Origin: Octopus sinensis
Taxonomy: Eukaryota
DNA: 64,000 nucleotides
Direction: 5' to 3'
NCBI RefSeq assembly: GCF_006345805.1
Contig: NC_043012.1
Location: 47,616,001 to 47,680,000, forward strand
The notes below the pieces were generated by a model, which was given only the letters and a program-made list of their open reading frames with translations, had not been told where the DNA came from and did not search any database. How positions within the stretch are numbered: the first letter of the stretch is position 1; the number at the start of each line of letters is the position of its first letter. Of the stretch, positions 39,418 through 51,769 are shown in pieces. Position numbers and translations under genes: made by a program.

Positions 39418-40027
39418 AATGTGCAGATGTGTGTTTTGGCTTGTATGTGTTTCTCTGTGTCACGAGTGAAAGTTTATTGCTATAACTATAAATATTATAA
39501 AGTACAGTTATGACATAGGTTGTTTGCTTATGTGGATAAGATTTTGATTGATGTGATCAGACAACGGCAAGATTTCGCTAGCGTAAAATCGTGTTTCTAA
39601 GACTATGTTATCGTGCCTCAGATGGTGTATTTCAGAATTACACCAGGCTGAGAATATACTCCACGGAAACCTAATGAGTTGAAAGAGTAGAAAATTATAA
39701 GAACCTCATGCATCAAATAAATATTAAACTAATGCCAAAATATGACCCGTTCCTAGTGTTATAAATATCATAATCAGACATAGACGCAACACCCGTACAC
39801 ACGCACACACACACACATACATACACAGACACACACATACATGAATACGCACATATGTGTCTGTGTAATTTGAGTAAGTAGATAAATTGTAAATTAGTTT
39901 GGTTGTTTATATAAACATACAATCAATTTTATCCATTCTCGCTGTGCAACCACCCACATAGCGGGTCTTCTTGCAAGCAAGCTTGTGCATATAAAACTAG
40001 TTACAATATATGGAGCAGTTACTCAAG

Positions 40028-40240
40028 GAGGCAAGCTGGCAGAATCTTTTGTACACCGAGCAAATTGCTTAACATCATTTCTTCCGTTTTACGTCCTGAG
40101 TTCAAATTCCGCCGTTGCTAAATTCCTCCTTTTACCATTTTGAGGTCGATGAAATAAGTACCAGCAGATCTCTGGTTGTGATGTAATCGATTTCTTCCTC
40201 TAACGAATTTGAAGACCTTACACCAACATTTCAAATCAAT
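40028..40240 (+). mobile_element. Degenerate SINE family A
   Basis: GGCAAGCTGGCAGAATC...GAGTTCAAATTCCGCC...GAGGTCGATGAAATAAGTACCAG. Confidence 0.8.
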
Positions 40241-41259
40241 ATATTCGATATGTTTCGCGTCATTACTTTAGTCAACTAACGTGAATTGTGATTCACAACT
40301 CTGGTCATAAACCACCTTACATCTAATCCTATACTTAGATTATTTTTTCAGCCTCATTATGTGACAGAAAAACTTGGTCACATAGTATTTTGCGGATTTC
40401 GACCGATGAGACGTACATCAGTACATGCAGTTAGTGATACACACTTGTACAAACACGACGTGTACACACACATATACACGCAAACAGCCTCGACATTGCG
40501 TCATTTCACGGCTTTCAACAAACAAGCATGCTACTCATATATACATCTATCGCATAGTAAGATGTACGTTCACCGGAGATACGCTACGCCGAAACGTATG
40601 ACCTGATAAACCTTGCCTTTTACATATAATTTTTAATTCGGTTCAGTTACACGAGATCCAGTAAAAAGAAGTCATTTGATGAAAAGTTCAGAGGCCAAAA
40701 TAACAAACGGTATCAGTAACACAGCCATTTGGGTGTTCAACATATTACAGAACGAATGTGAATAGGAGAGGGAGAAAGAGAGAGTCAAAGGGGTAGTTAA
40801 GATGAGAAAGACGGAGAATAAAACAAAATGACGCAAAAATATCTATTAAAGAAAAGAGGAAGGAAAATGGAATTGGCATGTAAACGAAAAATAACCAACA
40901 CCTTCCTTGGGAAGAGAACAGAAGAAAAGTAAAATAATAATATACATTTTGAAAAAAATATTTGAAGTAATCTAATAAATGAGGAAGGAGTAGGCTGACA
41001 GAGATAACGGATGAGTTATGAAATCAAAATAAAAAAAGTGAAGGATGGATGAAAGTATAGATTGATTAGTGAAAGAATAATAGAAAAAGAGCAGGAAGGA
41101 GGCATATAAGAAGATAATACTGAAGGGTGGAAAGATCACGTGTAAGGAATGAGAAGATATTAGATGAAAAGACTAATCTGTATTCTTAATTCGAAAGAAA
41201 AGAGCAACACGTGAGTATTAAAGAAGAGAACATAAAGAGAGTGAAAATAATAAAATAAA

Positions 41260-41305
41260 GAAAGGAAGGAAGAAAGAACGAAAGAAGGCAAGAAAGAAAG
41301 AAGGA

Positions 41306-41353
<48 letters not shown>

Positions 41354-41490
41354 GAGAAGGAAAGAAAGAAAAAGAGGCACGTTGAATTTACAAAATTGAG
41401 AAGCAATGAAAGAGGATAACATAAATATGAAAATGCATGAAAATAATCGCCGCCGCCGCCTACTACTACTACTACTACTTACTACTACTA
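41260..41490 (+). repeat. (AAAG)n and (CTA)n microsatellites
   Basis: Direct reading. Confidence 0.92.
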
Positions 41491-42269
41491 CTACTACACA
41501 CGTATACTTATTTACGTACATACCAAAAATGTGTACCTTACCAAATGTATTGAGTATCCCTTCAATCGAATGTAAAATTTTTATCATTATAAAGAAAAAA
41601 CAGACGCGATTTATATATGTGTGTGTGTGTATGTGTGCATGTATATGTATGTGTATGTGTATGTATATAACATATATATATATACCATGGAAATACCAAA
41701 AGGAGGAATTAAGCATTAAAATTAACGGGAAATAAGTTTTAAACGAAATCCTAGTGCTAAAAGAAATGTGCTTCTGTGGCATTTCAAGTTAGTAAATAAA
41801 TTAAGACAGATGGCGAAATCGTGGGAGAAAAGAAAATGTAAACCACTGTAAGATAAGAATAATGAAAGCTGACAATTGGTTAATGTTAAAGGAAGAGGTA
41901 AAGGGGGAAATGAATATGGTAAAATGAAAGAAAGAATACAAACGATTAAAACGTGTTAGGCAATCGCATTTGTAACAGATTAATACAGATTAACAAATAA
42001 AACTGTATCTAATGATTTGCAAATATTTTTATAACTAATGACACGATTTCACATCAAGAAACTTGAAAAACAAATACGTAAACGTAATATTAGTAAAGAG
42101 TTGTGTAACTAAGGATAAATCAAATATATGCCAGAAAAAAAGATAGAATAAATAAATAAAAGCAAAATTAATATAAAGTGGAAAAGAAACTAAAATGAAT
42201 GTTTGAAATATAAATAATTTAGTTACTGTGAGTTTCGTTAAAAATATTGAAATGCTTTAACTTAATGTT

Positions 42270-42930
42270 TGTAATTGAGGGAGAAGGCAAGTAATTTTGA
42301 GGAGTGGGTTGGCACGGTAGCTGTGATTCCAGTACTTTGCTTGGGTAGAGGATCGACAAGGTTGACTCGGAGAAAGATTCGACAAGGTTGACCTCGATGG
42401 GATTTGGTCTCAGAATGCAAAGAATCGGAATAAAAAAAAAACTGAACATTAAACTTTTCCAGTGCAGTAACGATACTCCTGAAGTACCACCATTACTTCC
42501 AATATAATTATAAACATTTCTAATCTTCGCAGAAGCCAGTAGTTTTAAGAGGAATGAAAGTCGAGTGCATCGACCAAGCGCTCAACTGGTACTTATTCGA
42601 CATACTGAAATATAAATTCAACCTTGCATTTGAACTCATAACTTAAAGAACCGGAAAAAATGCCACTAAACATTTTGTCCAGTGCACTAATGATTCTGCC
42701 AGTTCGACACATTTTCCTTGATCCTCTCCATTATAGGAACAAGGCATGAAATTCCATGTAATGAGGTTAGTCGAATACATCGATCCCGCTGCTCAGCTAG
42801 TAGTACTTATTCAACAGTGAAAAGTAAATTCGATCTCAGCGGTATTTGAACGGAGAGTGTAAAAAATGTGGAAGAAATGCCGCTATGCATTTTGTCCGGT
42901 GTGATAACGATTCTGTCAGCCTGCTGCCTT
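42270..42930 (-). mobile_element. Three tandem degenerate SINE family A copies
   Basis: Repeated plus-strand pattern GTCGA...ATCGA...CTGGTACTTATT...ATTTGAAC...AAATGCC.CTA..CATTTTGTCC.GTG...TAACGATTCTG. Confidence 0.6.
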
Positions 42931-43390
42931 TTCCATAATAATCATAATGTTTATTTAAAGATGTATGTATTAAAGAAATACATTACCGTGGAAAGCAACG
43001 CATGGTAACAGAGAAATATGAATGCCTCTGAAAGAGAATATACTCCGAAGACTGAAAGTAACGTATTTGAATATTTAGCTATACAGATAGTTATAGAAAA
43101 CAAATGTACGGTTATTTCAAATAATACGGAACACTTTTACCGACATACCTTTCAAGAGGTAGAAATTGCAAACAATCTGCGCATGTTTTTCTTCGAAAGA
43201 GTCACATTGAATAATGTAACGTTTACACTGAAAGAATGGGTCCAATGGTGACTGTAGGATAAACCTTGATCATAGGTTTCTTCATTTATTATCGCCATGA
43301 AAGGATAACATAAGATATCCTGCATCAACAACAGCATCAAAATATGATAGAGCTATAAAAACTACTGTCACTGCTCACATTAATCTCACT

Positions 43391-43424
<34 letters not shown>

Positions 43425-43427
<3 letters not shown>

Positions 43428-43712
43428 CACTACGTTGGTTACAACGAGTGTTCCAGTTCATCCGATCAACGGTACAACCTGCTAACAAAAATTAAGGTGC
43501 TGAGCTCTCCACAGTCATTCGTCTTCTTAACGTAATTCTTAGAGAGATTGAGCGTGACAAAGAATGTGACGAGGCTGGGTTTTGAAATACGGGTGGTATT
43601 CCTTTTTGCCAACTCAAAATTAGAACAATTTTTTTAAAAATGTCTTCATTTGATACCCTCCCGGGTATCAAACTTGCGACGTTACGATCGTGAGCCACAT
43701 ACGCTTAACCAA
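43425..43712 (-). mobile_element. tRNA-SINE, further family
   Basis: Minus strand TTGCTTATTGGTTAAGCG...CACGATCGTAACGTCGCAAGTTTGATACCCGG head; body with CAGCCTCGTCACATTCTTTGTCACGCT and GATCGGATGAACTGGAACACTCG. Confidence 0.7.
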
Positions 43713-44352
43713 TAAGCAATGTGCTTTTATACACACAAACGCATACACACACAAACACACTCACACACACACATTTATATGTAGGCAGAAAGATAGAGAA
43801 AGAGATATAGAGAGAGGGATAGGTAGAAATATAGAGAAAGAGATAGATAGATAGATAGATAAATAGGTAGATAGATAGATAGATAGATAGATACATACAT
43901 ACATACATACATACATACATACATACATACATACATACATACATAGATGATGGATGGATTGATGGATGGATGGATAGATAGATAGATAGAAAGATAGATA
44001 GATAGATAGATTGATATGTTTCTTTATTAGCCACACAGGGCTGCACACAGACAGGACAAATTACAAGGTAGAGCTTTTCTTTTAGGGGTAAAAAAGGGGG
44101 TTTGGTTTTCGATCAAAACGGATCGTAAAAGGAAAGAAAGAGGACAAAAGGGGGGGGGGTAAAGAAAAAAAGGGAAAGAAAAAAAGGGAAAAAATTGATC
44201 AATAGGGATCGTTATCACAGAAATGTCAATTAAAGTGTAAAGGGGGGACAGGTGAGGTTTTACAAATAAGCAACTCTCTATATTAATTTTTACGGTTCAT
44301 AGGATCATAGTCAAGGTGGCTTCGTCATTCATACGTGCCATCCTTGCTACAT

Positions 44353-44856
44353 TCACCCATCTTTTCTTAAAACATTCAATTGCCTCTCTACTCTCACATT
44401 CCTTTTCAAGTGGTACTTGAAGAAGTTGATGAGAGATTGACCAGAGAGGAAAGTGTTTATCTCTAATCCTTTCAGGCGCGTCCACCAGATACATTCTTTC
44501 GCCATAGCCACAAGTATGATAAAAATAGCTCTTCCTTCCCGTTTGAAGGAAGGAGGCGTGACGATATTAACGATAGACTCGGCTGATAAACCGACACGTC
44601 CCACACGTGACAGCAGTCGTTCGACATAAGCCCACAGGTGGGAAATTGCTGGGCACTGCACGATTGCGTGCAGAGCGGTTTCGTCGCTCTGCCCGCATCT
44701 CGGGCAGCTCCGCCCCGTGTTTCTGGAGCCATGCCTATAGAGCTTATCCCGAACGGGCAGCGCTTCTCGGTAGCAACGCCAGGCCAGGGATATCTGGAAT
44801 TTGTCCATAGGTCCCGGCTCGAAAGTCGTTTCAAACATGCGGGTCAAGTATTCCAC
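44353..44856 (-). pseudogene. Tx1 ORF2 C-terminal zf-RVT domain (frameshifted from the upstream ORF near 44875)
   Basis: LAWRCYREALPVRDKLYRHG...CPRCGQSDETALHAIVQC...LWAYVE is the L1/Tx1 zinc-binding signature. Confidence 0.88.
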
Positions 44857-45832
44857 GTCGACGCCCAGGTTTGCCCCTCCCCTCCACTAATCCCCTATAG
44901 AATGCTTTGGTTGTGTTGAAGTCACTCAAGGTCGACCCGGGACGGCAGAGTTGCTTGAGAGCAACGCGACACTCGCGGTGCCATTCGCCCTTCCTCGGCC
45001 TCTTTTTGATCCACGACTGCAGTTCGGTCATGGAGACGAGCTGCGGGAACGCGTGCCTCACAAACGGCGACCACACCTGTTCACCGTCGTCTACATAGAG
45101 CCGGAGATGTCGCAGTCTCAGCGCGTGTCTGTGCATCATCAACCACGGCATGCCCAGCCCTCCTTTTAACGGGTGTTGACAGCAAATGGATCGCCTGACC
45201 ATCGGGACGCATCCTTTCCACAAGAAGCGGAAGAGAAATCGTTCTAGTTTGGTGATGATAGGGTTGGGTTGGTCCGTTCTTTGTTGCTTTTCATGCATTT
45301 CTGTATATAGCTTCTTGATTAGCCGTCCATCCTGTGGTGTGGGCAATAATGCTGGCTTTTGTGGTTTTTCCTGCGGCTGTTGTTGTTGTTGTCGTTGTTT
45401 CGCGGCAGATTTGCACTCCTTTTTGAGGTTTGTTTCACTGCCGCATGTATAGCAGCGTGGCCTTCTGCCCTCGACTACTACATACAACTTGTGGTCCTCC
45501 ACAAGATGTATGTGGGTGGGAATTTTGTTAATGTCGTCTTGGCTTATGTGGAGGAGAATCTCCAGTCTCTTTCCCACCCAGTCCTTGTGTTTCGAAACAG
45601 CGATTTGCAGGGTGTTTATGTCCTCCATTTCGACGCATATGGCGGATGTTATCCATAGTGTGTTTGTTATTTGCGGGACATTATTGATAATGACCTTTGT
45701 TACCCTCTGGCCAAGGTAACTGGGTGTCATTGTTAGCTCATCTTTATGAAGAGTTAGCGTTGAGAATTGCTTTGCGAACTCTTCATTCTGAAAAACTACC
45801 TGTACGTGGGCAAACTTGTTCGACCAAGTCAC
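44831..45832 (-). pseudogene. Tx1 ORF1 C-terminal part fused in frame to the post-RT part of ORF2
   Basis: FAHVQVVFQNEEFAK...TPSYLGQRVTKVIINNVP (RRM-like), RPRCYTCGSETNLKKEC (knuckle), then ITKLERFLFRFLWKG...GGLGMP (ORF2 post-RT). Confidence 0.85.
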
Positions 45833-46701
45833 ATACTCTTTATATCTGTGTTTGCTTTTTGTGGACTTTTAGTTGTGTTGTTTGTTATTTTATAAATAAT
45901 CGTTTTCTTTCTTTCCTCATTCAGTACGTGTTGCGGTACATTGCCGTTTTCTTTGGTGATTAGGGCTCTGGTGTCTTTTATCTGCTGTGCAGTAACGATA
46001 CTATTGTTTACTTTTTCTTTTATCGCCTCGGCGATGTTTGTTGTTTTGTTATTGTTGTTACTGCTGGTGGTTTTGGTGTTAATGGCAGGGGTGTGGGTTG
46101 TGGGTATATTAGGTTTGTGGTTGCTGATTATGCAACTAGCAAGGGGTGGAAAGTTGTCTGCATAATTTGCCCCTGCGTTAGCGCAAATTTCGGCAACTCG
46201 TTTGATGGTCGCGGTTATTTCTTTCTCTCCTTCACTTGTTGGTGATGGAGGGAACAATGGCTGAAGGGAATTGTTGTTGTTGTTGTTATTGTCGTTCTTA
46301 GTGGCGGCGGTGGTATTAGTAGCAAGGGAGGCAGTCGTAGTAGCAGATATTGTAGTGGCGGCATCGGTATTGACGGCACGGTCTTTGGTGGCGGTGATGG
46401 TGATTGGTCTGGTGATCTTGGTATTGTTATTGTTGTTGGTAGTGGTATCATTAGCAGAAGTAGCAGTTGTAGTAGCAGAAGCTGCCATGGTGGTGGTGTC
46501 GGTGGTGATGGTGGAATCATTGGTGGCGGTGACGGTGCTTGGCCTTGCGACCTTTGTTTTGTAGTTGTTGCTGTTGTCGGTGCTGATGGTGTAAGTAGCG
46601 TTCAAACAGTCAAGTTCAGCGCATGGTGACAGGGAATCCTGCTTTTTTGTTTTGGCGTCACGCTTCAGTTGCGCCTCAGCCTCGTGGTGACCAGTAGCCA
46701 T
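45829..46701 (-). pseudogene. Tx1 ORF1 N-terminal part (Thr/Asn/Ala-rich), offset by -1 from the next ORF
   Basis: 290-aa ORF from ATG at 46701; restoring one A in GAT ATA AAG AGT gives TDIKEYVTWSNKF, continuous with the next ORF. Confidence 0.7.
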
Positions 46702-46904
46702 TTTTGAAAATAGAAATGGCTAAAATACAACACAAGGCCTACGAGAATTTTTTAAATTTTGCCCACAAAGGGCGAAGTTTTGTGTAGATATTAGTCCAGG
46801 TTTGCAGTGGATGTTGTTGCACAACTTTTAAACACAAAATATTTGACAATAAACACTTTTGAACGTACAAAATGACCAACGTACTTGGAGACCATTTAAC
46901 TTGC

Positions 46905-46919
46905 GTCTGTCTGTCTGTC

Positions 46920-47005
<86 letters not shown>
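46905..47005 (+). repeat. (GTCT)4(AGAT)n microsatellite at the Tx1 5' junction
   Basis: Direct reading. Confidence 0.95.
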
Positions 47006-47252
47006 TGACATGATAAAATACATCAAAATATGTTTCTTTACGATCTAATATGTTGATATCGTATATATAAATATATTCACTTGTTTGCTGGTCCGTTGTA
47101 TTCAGCTACATATATAACACACAGAAAGAGGGTTTCTTACACTCAGCTCCTACTCAGTTCCTGTTTTACTCTTTCTCCTTATATATTTATATATATGTAT
47201 ATATGTATGCGTGTAAACGTTTATATAACTCTGTGTGTGACTATATCCATGA

Positions 47253-47299
<47 letters not shown>

Positions 47300-47494
47300 T
47301 GTGTGTGTGCTTGTTTGCCAGTGTGTGTGTGGTGTTCAAACTACTTCATCTATTATTTATTAAATCATTGAGCGAAGAAATTTTACTAAACTAAGACAAA
47401 TCTTTGCCTTGCGCATTCTTTTAATCATTCCTTTGAGTTACATTAATGCTGTCTCACTCAATATCTTTTAACGTCAAAAAGTTTCTCCTCCCAC

Positions 47495-47538
<44 letters not shown>

Positions 47539-47887
47539 CCCTCTTGCTCTCTTCTTTCTCTTCTCATTGTCTCTCTCTGTCTCACAAACTCTCTACCTCA
47601 GTTTCTCTCCTTCTCCAGCTCAGTTTGAATGAACGAGTTTATCTGCACTGAATTTTCTGTATAAATGAAAACCTTCACATGCACTGACGCTTATAAGAGT
47701 CTAGAAATTTCGTTAAAACAATCCAGATGTTGGCAAATCCATTAATGTCAAAAGCACATACATACATAAACAGAAAGCCTATACATATAGCACTATATGT
47801 TCAGGCGTTCAGCTTTCAATTACCTCGTTTTAATCCGTGTATGCGCAAAATGTATGCCACTCCTACGAATATCAATATATTGATGTG

Positions 47888-47932
<45 letters not shown>

Positions 47933-48088
47933 TAATGTATATATATGTACATATATACACATACATACGTAAATATATGTATATATATACATACATATAT
48001 GTACATATATTCATATACGTATATATAATATATATACAAATATAAATATATACGTATATATATGTATACATATATATGTGCATCTATG

Positions 48089-48126
<38 letters not shown>

Positions 48127-48827
48127 AGTATATTTACATATTTATGTGACTGTATATACACACATATATGTGCATATTTTTATGCATGTATGCATATTCA
48201 TATATATATTAGTAACCCTATACGTGCTTATGTATGTGTACGTATACATATATATATACATATATATATACACATACATATGCATATATATATATTTATA
48301 TATATATTTGTGTGTATTCTATATATTCAATGCATACATATAAATTTTTATATGAATATATGTGTGTGAGAATACAAAAATGCATGTACGCGTATGAATA
48401 TATATTTTTACATATGAATGCAAATCTATATACATACACTCTCACATAGAGACGTTATCTCTCACACCAGTGCTAGGTCGTTTTTCACTGTTAGAGGGGA
48501 AACACGAATGTGCTTGCGCAGATACGGTAGAGTTCTATTTTAATTTACTGCTCCCCGAGGGTTACGATTCCTGTTTAGTATGCCTCAGTGCCTGTGAATT
48601 ATCATGCCTTGTCAAATGAAAAAAATTTTTGTCGTTAATTTGTAGTACGAGTTCAAATCCTTCAGTAGAAGGGTTAAATTGTGTATACTTCGCATTCCTT
48701 TAAGATGTGAAAGAAAACTGAGACAATTGGTAAGAAATCATTTTATAGAAATTTTCATCAAATGCCAAATTTTTGGGATAGTATTGTTGTTTTTAACAAA
48801 TAAACAAAAAATAGATTTAATGTGCTC

Positions 48828-49190
48828 TTTTCTACTCTAGGTACAAGGCCCAGAATTTTGGGGGAGTGGGCCAGTCGATTAAATCGACCCCAGTACACAG
48901 CTGCTACTTAATTTATCGATCCCGAAAGGCAAAGTCGACCTCGGCGGAATTTGAACTCAGAACGTAAAGACGGACGAAATACCTATTTATTTACTACCCA
49001 CAAGGGGCTAAACACAGATGGGATTAAGTTGATTACATCGACCCCAGTGCGTAACTGGTACTTAATTTATTGACTCTGAAAGGAGGAAAGGCAAAGTTGA
49101 CTTTGATAGAATTTGAACTCAGAACGTAACGGCAGACGAAATACGGCTACGCATTTCGCCCGGCGTGCTAACGTTTCTGCCAGCTCGCCG
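48828..49190 (-). mobile_element. Dimeric / self-nested SINE family A
   Basis: Minus strand: head, body, tail 1 (...GTAGTAAATAAATA), restart at internal GGTATTTCGTC, body, tail 2 (...GGCCTTGTACCTAGAGTAGAAAA). Confidence 0.85.
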
Positions 49191-49747
49191 ATTTAATATA
49201 CTGATTCCATTCATACCTTGTCATACCATATATGAATATATATAGAAATAAAAGTAAAAATGTTATACCAAATTTGAACAATGCAAAATCAATGTCTTAA
49301 ATATGCGTTGAAGACAATTACAACAGGTGTAAGATGGCAAATAAATCTTTGAAAATAATACATTTCCTAAACTCAACTCTGGTATTATTACTCTTAGATC
49401 TCAGTCAAAAAGCTGAGAAGTGATAAGTAAACTAAACTTGATTTTCATAGAGTAACCGCTGCTGAAAAATTACATGATTATATATTTAATAAGGAACACC
49501 TTATTGAGATGAAAGGCAAAATTGGGTAGTTTTTGATGAGGTGTGAGAACCGAGGTGAATTTTCTTTATTCACTTATATCTGGTCTCAACTTTTGTTATT
49601 TAAGCTGTTTGGTGTTTGGCCTTCTTTCTTGCGTACATAATCTAAACAATGTGGCAGCTAATCATGTATAACTAATGTAAGACTTGGTGCACTTAGAAAG
49701 AAGTTACTGTCTTTTGACCATTAAGGATTAGTACATAATCTTTACTC

Positions 49748-50118
49748 TCTCTCTCCTTTACTCTTTTACTTGTTTCAGTCATTTCACTGCGGCCATGCTG
49801 GAGCACCGCCTTTAGTCGAGCATATCGACACCAGAACTTATTATATGTAAGCCTAGTACTTATTCTATCGCTCCCTTTTGCCGAACCGCTATGTTACGGG
49901 GACGTAAACACAGCAGCATCGGTTCTCAAGCGATGTTGGGGGTAAAATACAGACACACAAACACACATATATATGCATATACGTATATAAAACGGGTTTC
50001 TTTCAGTTTCCGCCTACCAAATCCACTCACAAGGCTTTGCTCGACTCGAGGCTATAGTAGAACCCGGAACTATGTGGCTGGTAAGCAAGCAACTTACCAT
50101 ACAGCCACCCCTGCACCT
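49748..50118 (-). mobile_element. SINE family B with internal deletion
   Basis: Matches 21852-22268 but lacks the GACACTTGCCCAAG...GGACTG segment. Confidence 0.9.
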
Positions 50119-50641
50119 ATATCCCAAGAGCAGATTGAATTATGATAAACATGGGATTTTAAACTCAATTGAGATGGCATACATAACCACTACAAAAATA
50201 AGTTTACGATACAAATTTGAATATAAATTATGCAGCAACTGAATAATTCAGATCAGTAAATTACTGATACATATTTAATTATATTCCCACTAAAGCAAAG
50301 CAGTTGTATTCCATTAGAAAACGCCGTCGAGTTTGGTATCCTATATATAAATAAGGAACCTTTTTCTTGATCACCAAGCTCAAAGTAAGGCAGCAAAATA
50401 TCGAAAAGTAAATCGATAGCAATGAATAAAGATAAAACAAACGAAATAAAATGACGAAGTGGGAGAATTAATTACACAGTCGATACCTTAGTGGCACGAC
50501 TGCGAATGCTTAATGCGTTAATATCGGTTACCTGTAGGCGATTCGGTTTTTCATAATGTCATTACTATAATGGTATTTTAAGTCCTAGCACTTCTATCTA
50601 TCTATCTATCTATCTACCTATCTATCTATCTATCTATCTAC

Positions 50642-50691
<50 letters not shown>

Positions 50692-50829
50692 GTCTGTCTG
50701 TCTGTCTGTATGTATGTGTATGTGCGCATGTGTTTATGTGTGTATATGTTGATAAATGTATACGGATGTATGATTAACTCTCTCTCTCTCTCTCTCTCTG
50801 TATATATATATATAATATATATATATATT

Positions 50830-51060
50830 CTTTTATTCTTTTACTTTTTCAGCCAAGTGACTGCGGGCATGCTAGAGTACAGCGTTTAGTTGAACAAATC
50901 AACCCCACGTCTTATTCTTTGTAAGCTTAGTTGTTATTCTATTGGTGTCTTTTGTCGAACCGCTAATTTACGTGGACGTAAACACACCAACATGTGTTTG
51001 TCATCCTGCAATGGTAGGGTGGCAAACACAGACACACAAATGCATACACACAGACACACA
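50830..51060 (-). mobile_element. SINE family B, 3' half
   Basis: TTCTTTTACTTTTTCAGCCAAGTGACTGCGGGCATGCTAGAG...GTAAACACACCAACA. Confidence 0.8.
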
Positions 51061-51071
51061 AATGCATACAA

Positions 51072-51110
<39 letters not shown>

Positions 51111-51149
51111 CATACACACATACATACATACATAGATACATACACAGAT

Positions 51150-51432
51150 CTCAGCACAAGGAATACTGGTGGGACGTTATCGTCGAAACATCTGTCAAAT
51201 GTAAGCATAACAAGCCCGATATTGTTGTTTAGGACAACAAGAAAAATGTATGTAGGTTCATAGAGGTCAACTGTCCTGCTGATGAGAATATATCTTTGAA
51301 AATCAAAGAGAAAGGAGATAACTATCGACATCTGCTTCCTAGCCTCCACCTTCTGTATCAGGATACAAAGTTTACATTTATACCAATATTAATTGGAGCA
51401 CTTGGTTTTGTAAGTAAATGCCAAAGCCAATG
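51150..51432 (+). pseudogene. R4/Dong RLE domain fragment
   Basis: EYWWDVIVETSVKCKHNKPDIVV*DNKKNVCRFIEVNCPADENI..K..EK...IPILIGALG (PD..E..K nuclease). Confidence 0.82.
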
Positions 51433-51760
51433 TATTCTTTTTTTTTGCTGCTGCTGTTCAGCAAGTGGTGTCTTAGAGCGACTACACGACGTGCAAAGAC
51501 TGTCTGCACTGATCTCATGCCCCTAACACCTTTATCACTTCTTAGGTAGATTCTGTTGATATCACTATTTTTGTGGAGGTTTCCAGTCGTTAAAATCTTG
51601 AAGATAATTATATCTATGGAGTGGATTTCTTCCTCAGATAAGTCAATTATCCCAAATTTTGGAATTAGCCCTCGTACTGCAAATACTTTGTCAGAGAAAA
51701 TTGTGGAATATAGTTTTGTTGTAAGAAAAGTTCCGAAGTAGATCAGGCCGAAAATGTCGC
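51433..51760 (-). pseudogene. R4/Dong RT C-terminal fragment, inverted relative to its neighbour
   Basis: KFGIIDLSEEEIHSIDIIIFKILT.GNLHKNSDINRIYLRSDKGVRGM. Confidence 0.8.
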
Positions 51761-51769
51761 TAGAAGCTA

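Larger units (their letters stand above)
44011..46905 (-). mobile_element. Tx1/L1-clade non-LTR retrotransposon, internally deleted (no endonuclease or RT), inside a (GATA)n array
   Basis: ORF1 with RRM-like region and Cys knuckle, ORF2 C-terminus with zf-RVT, AATAAA (plus strand TTTATT 44023-44028) just before (TCTA)n; (GATA)n on both flanks. Confidence 0.9.

Noticed and set aside
43018-43251. 77-aa plus-strand ORF of normal-looking composition
   Set aside because: In-frame stop just upstream, no recognisable motif, and no splice context on this strand
45829-46701. Thr-rich 290-aa ORF as a host mucin-like gene
   Set aside because: It lies inside the Tx1 element and joins the ORF1 RRM-like region by a single-base correction
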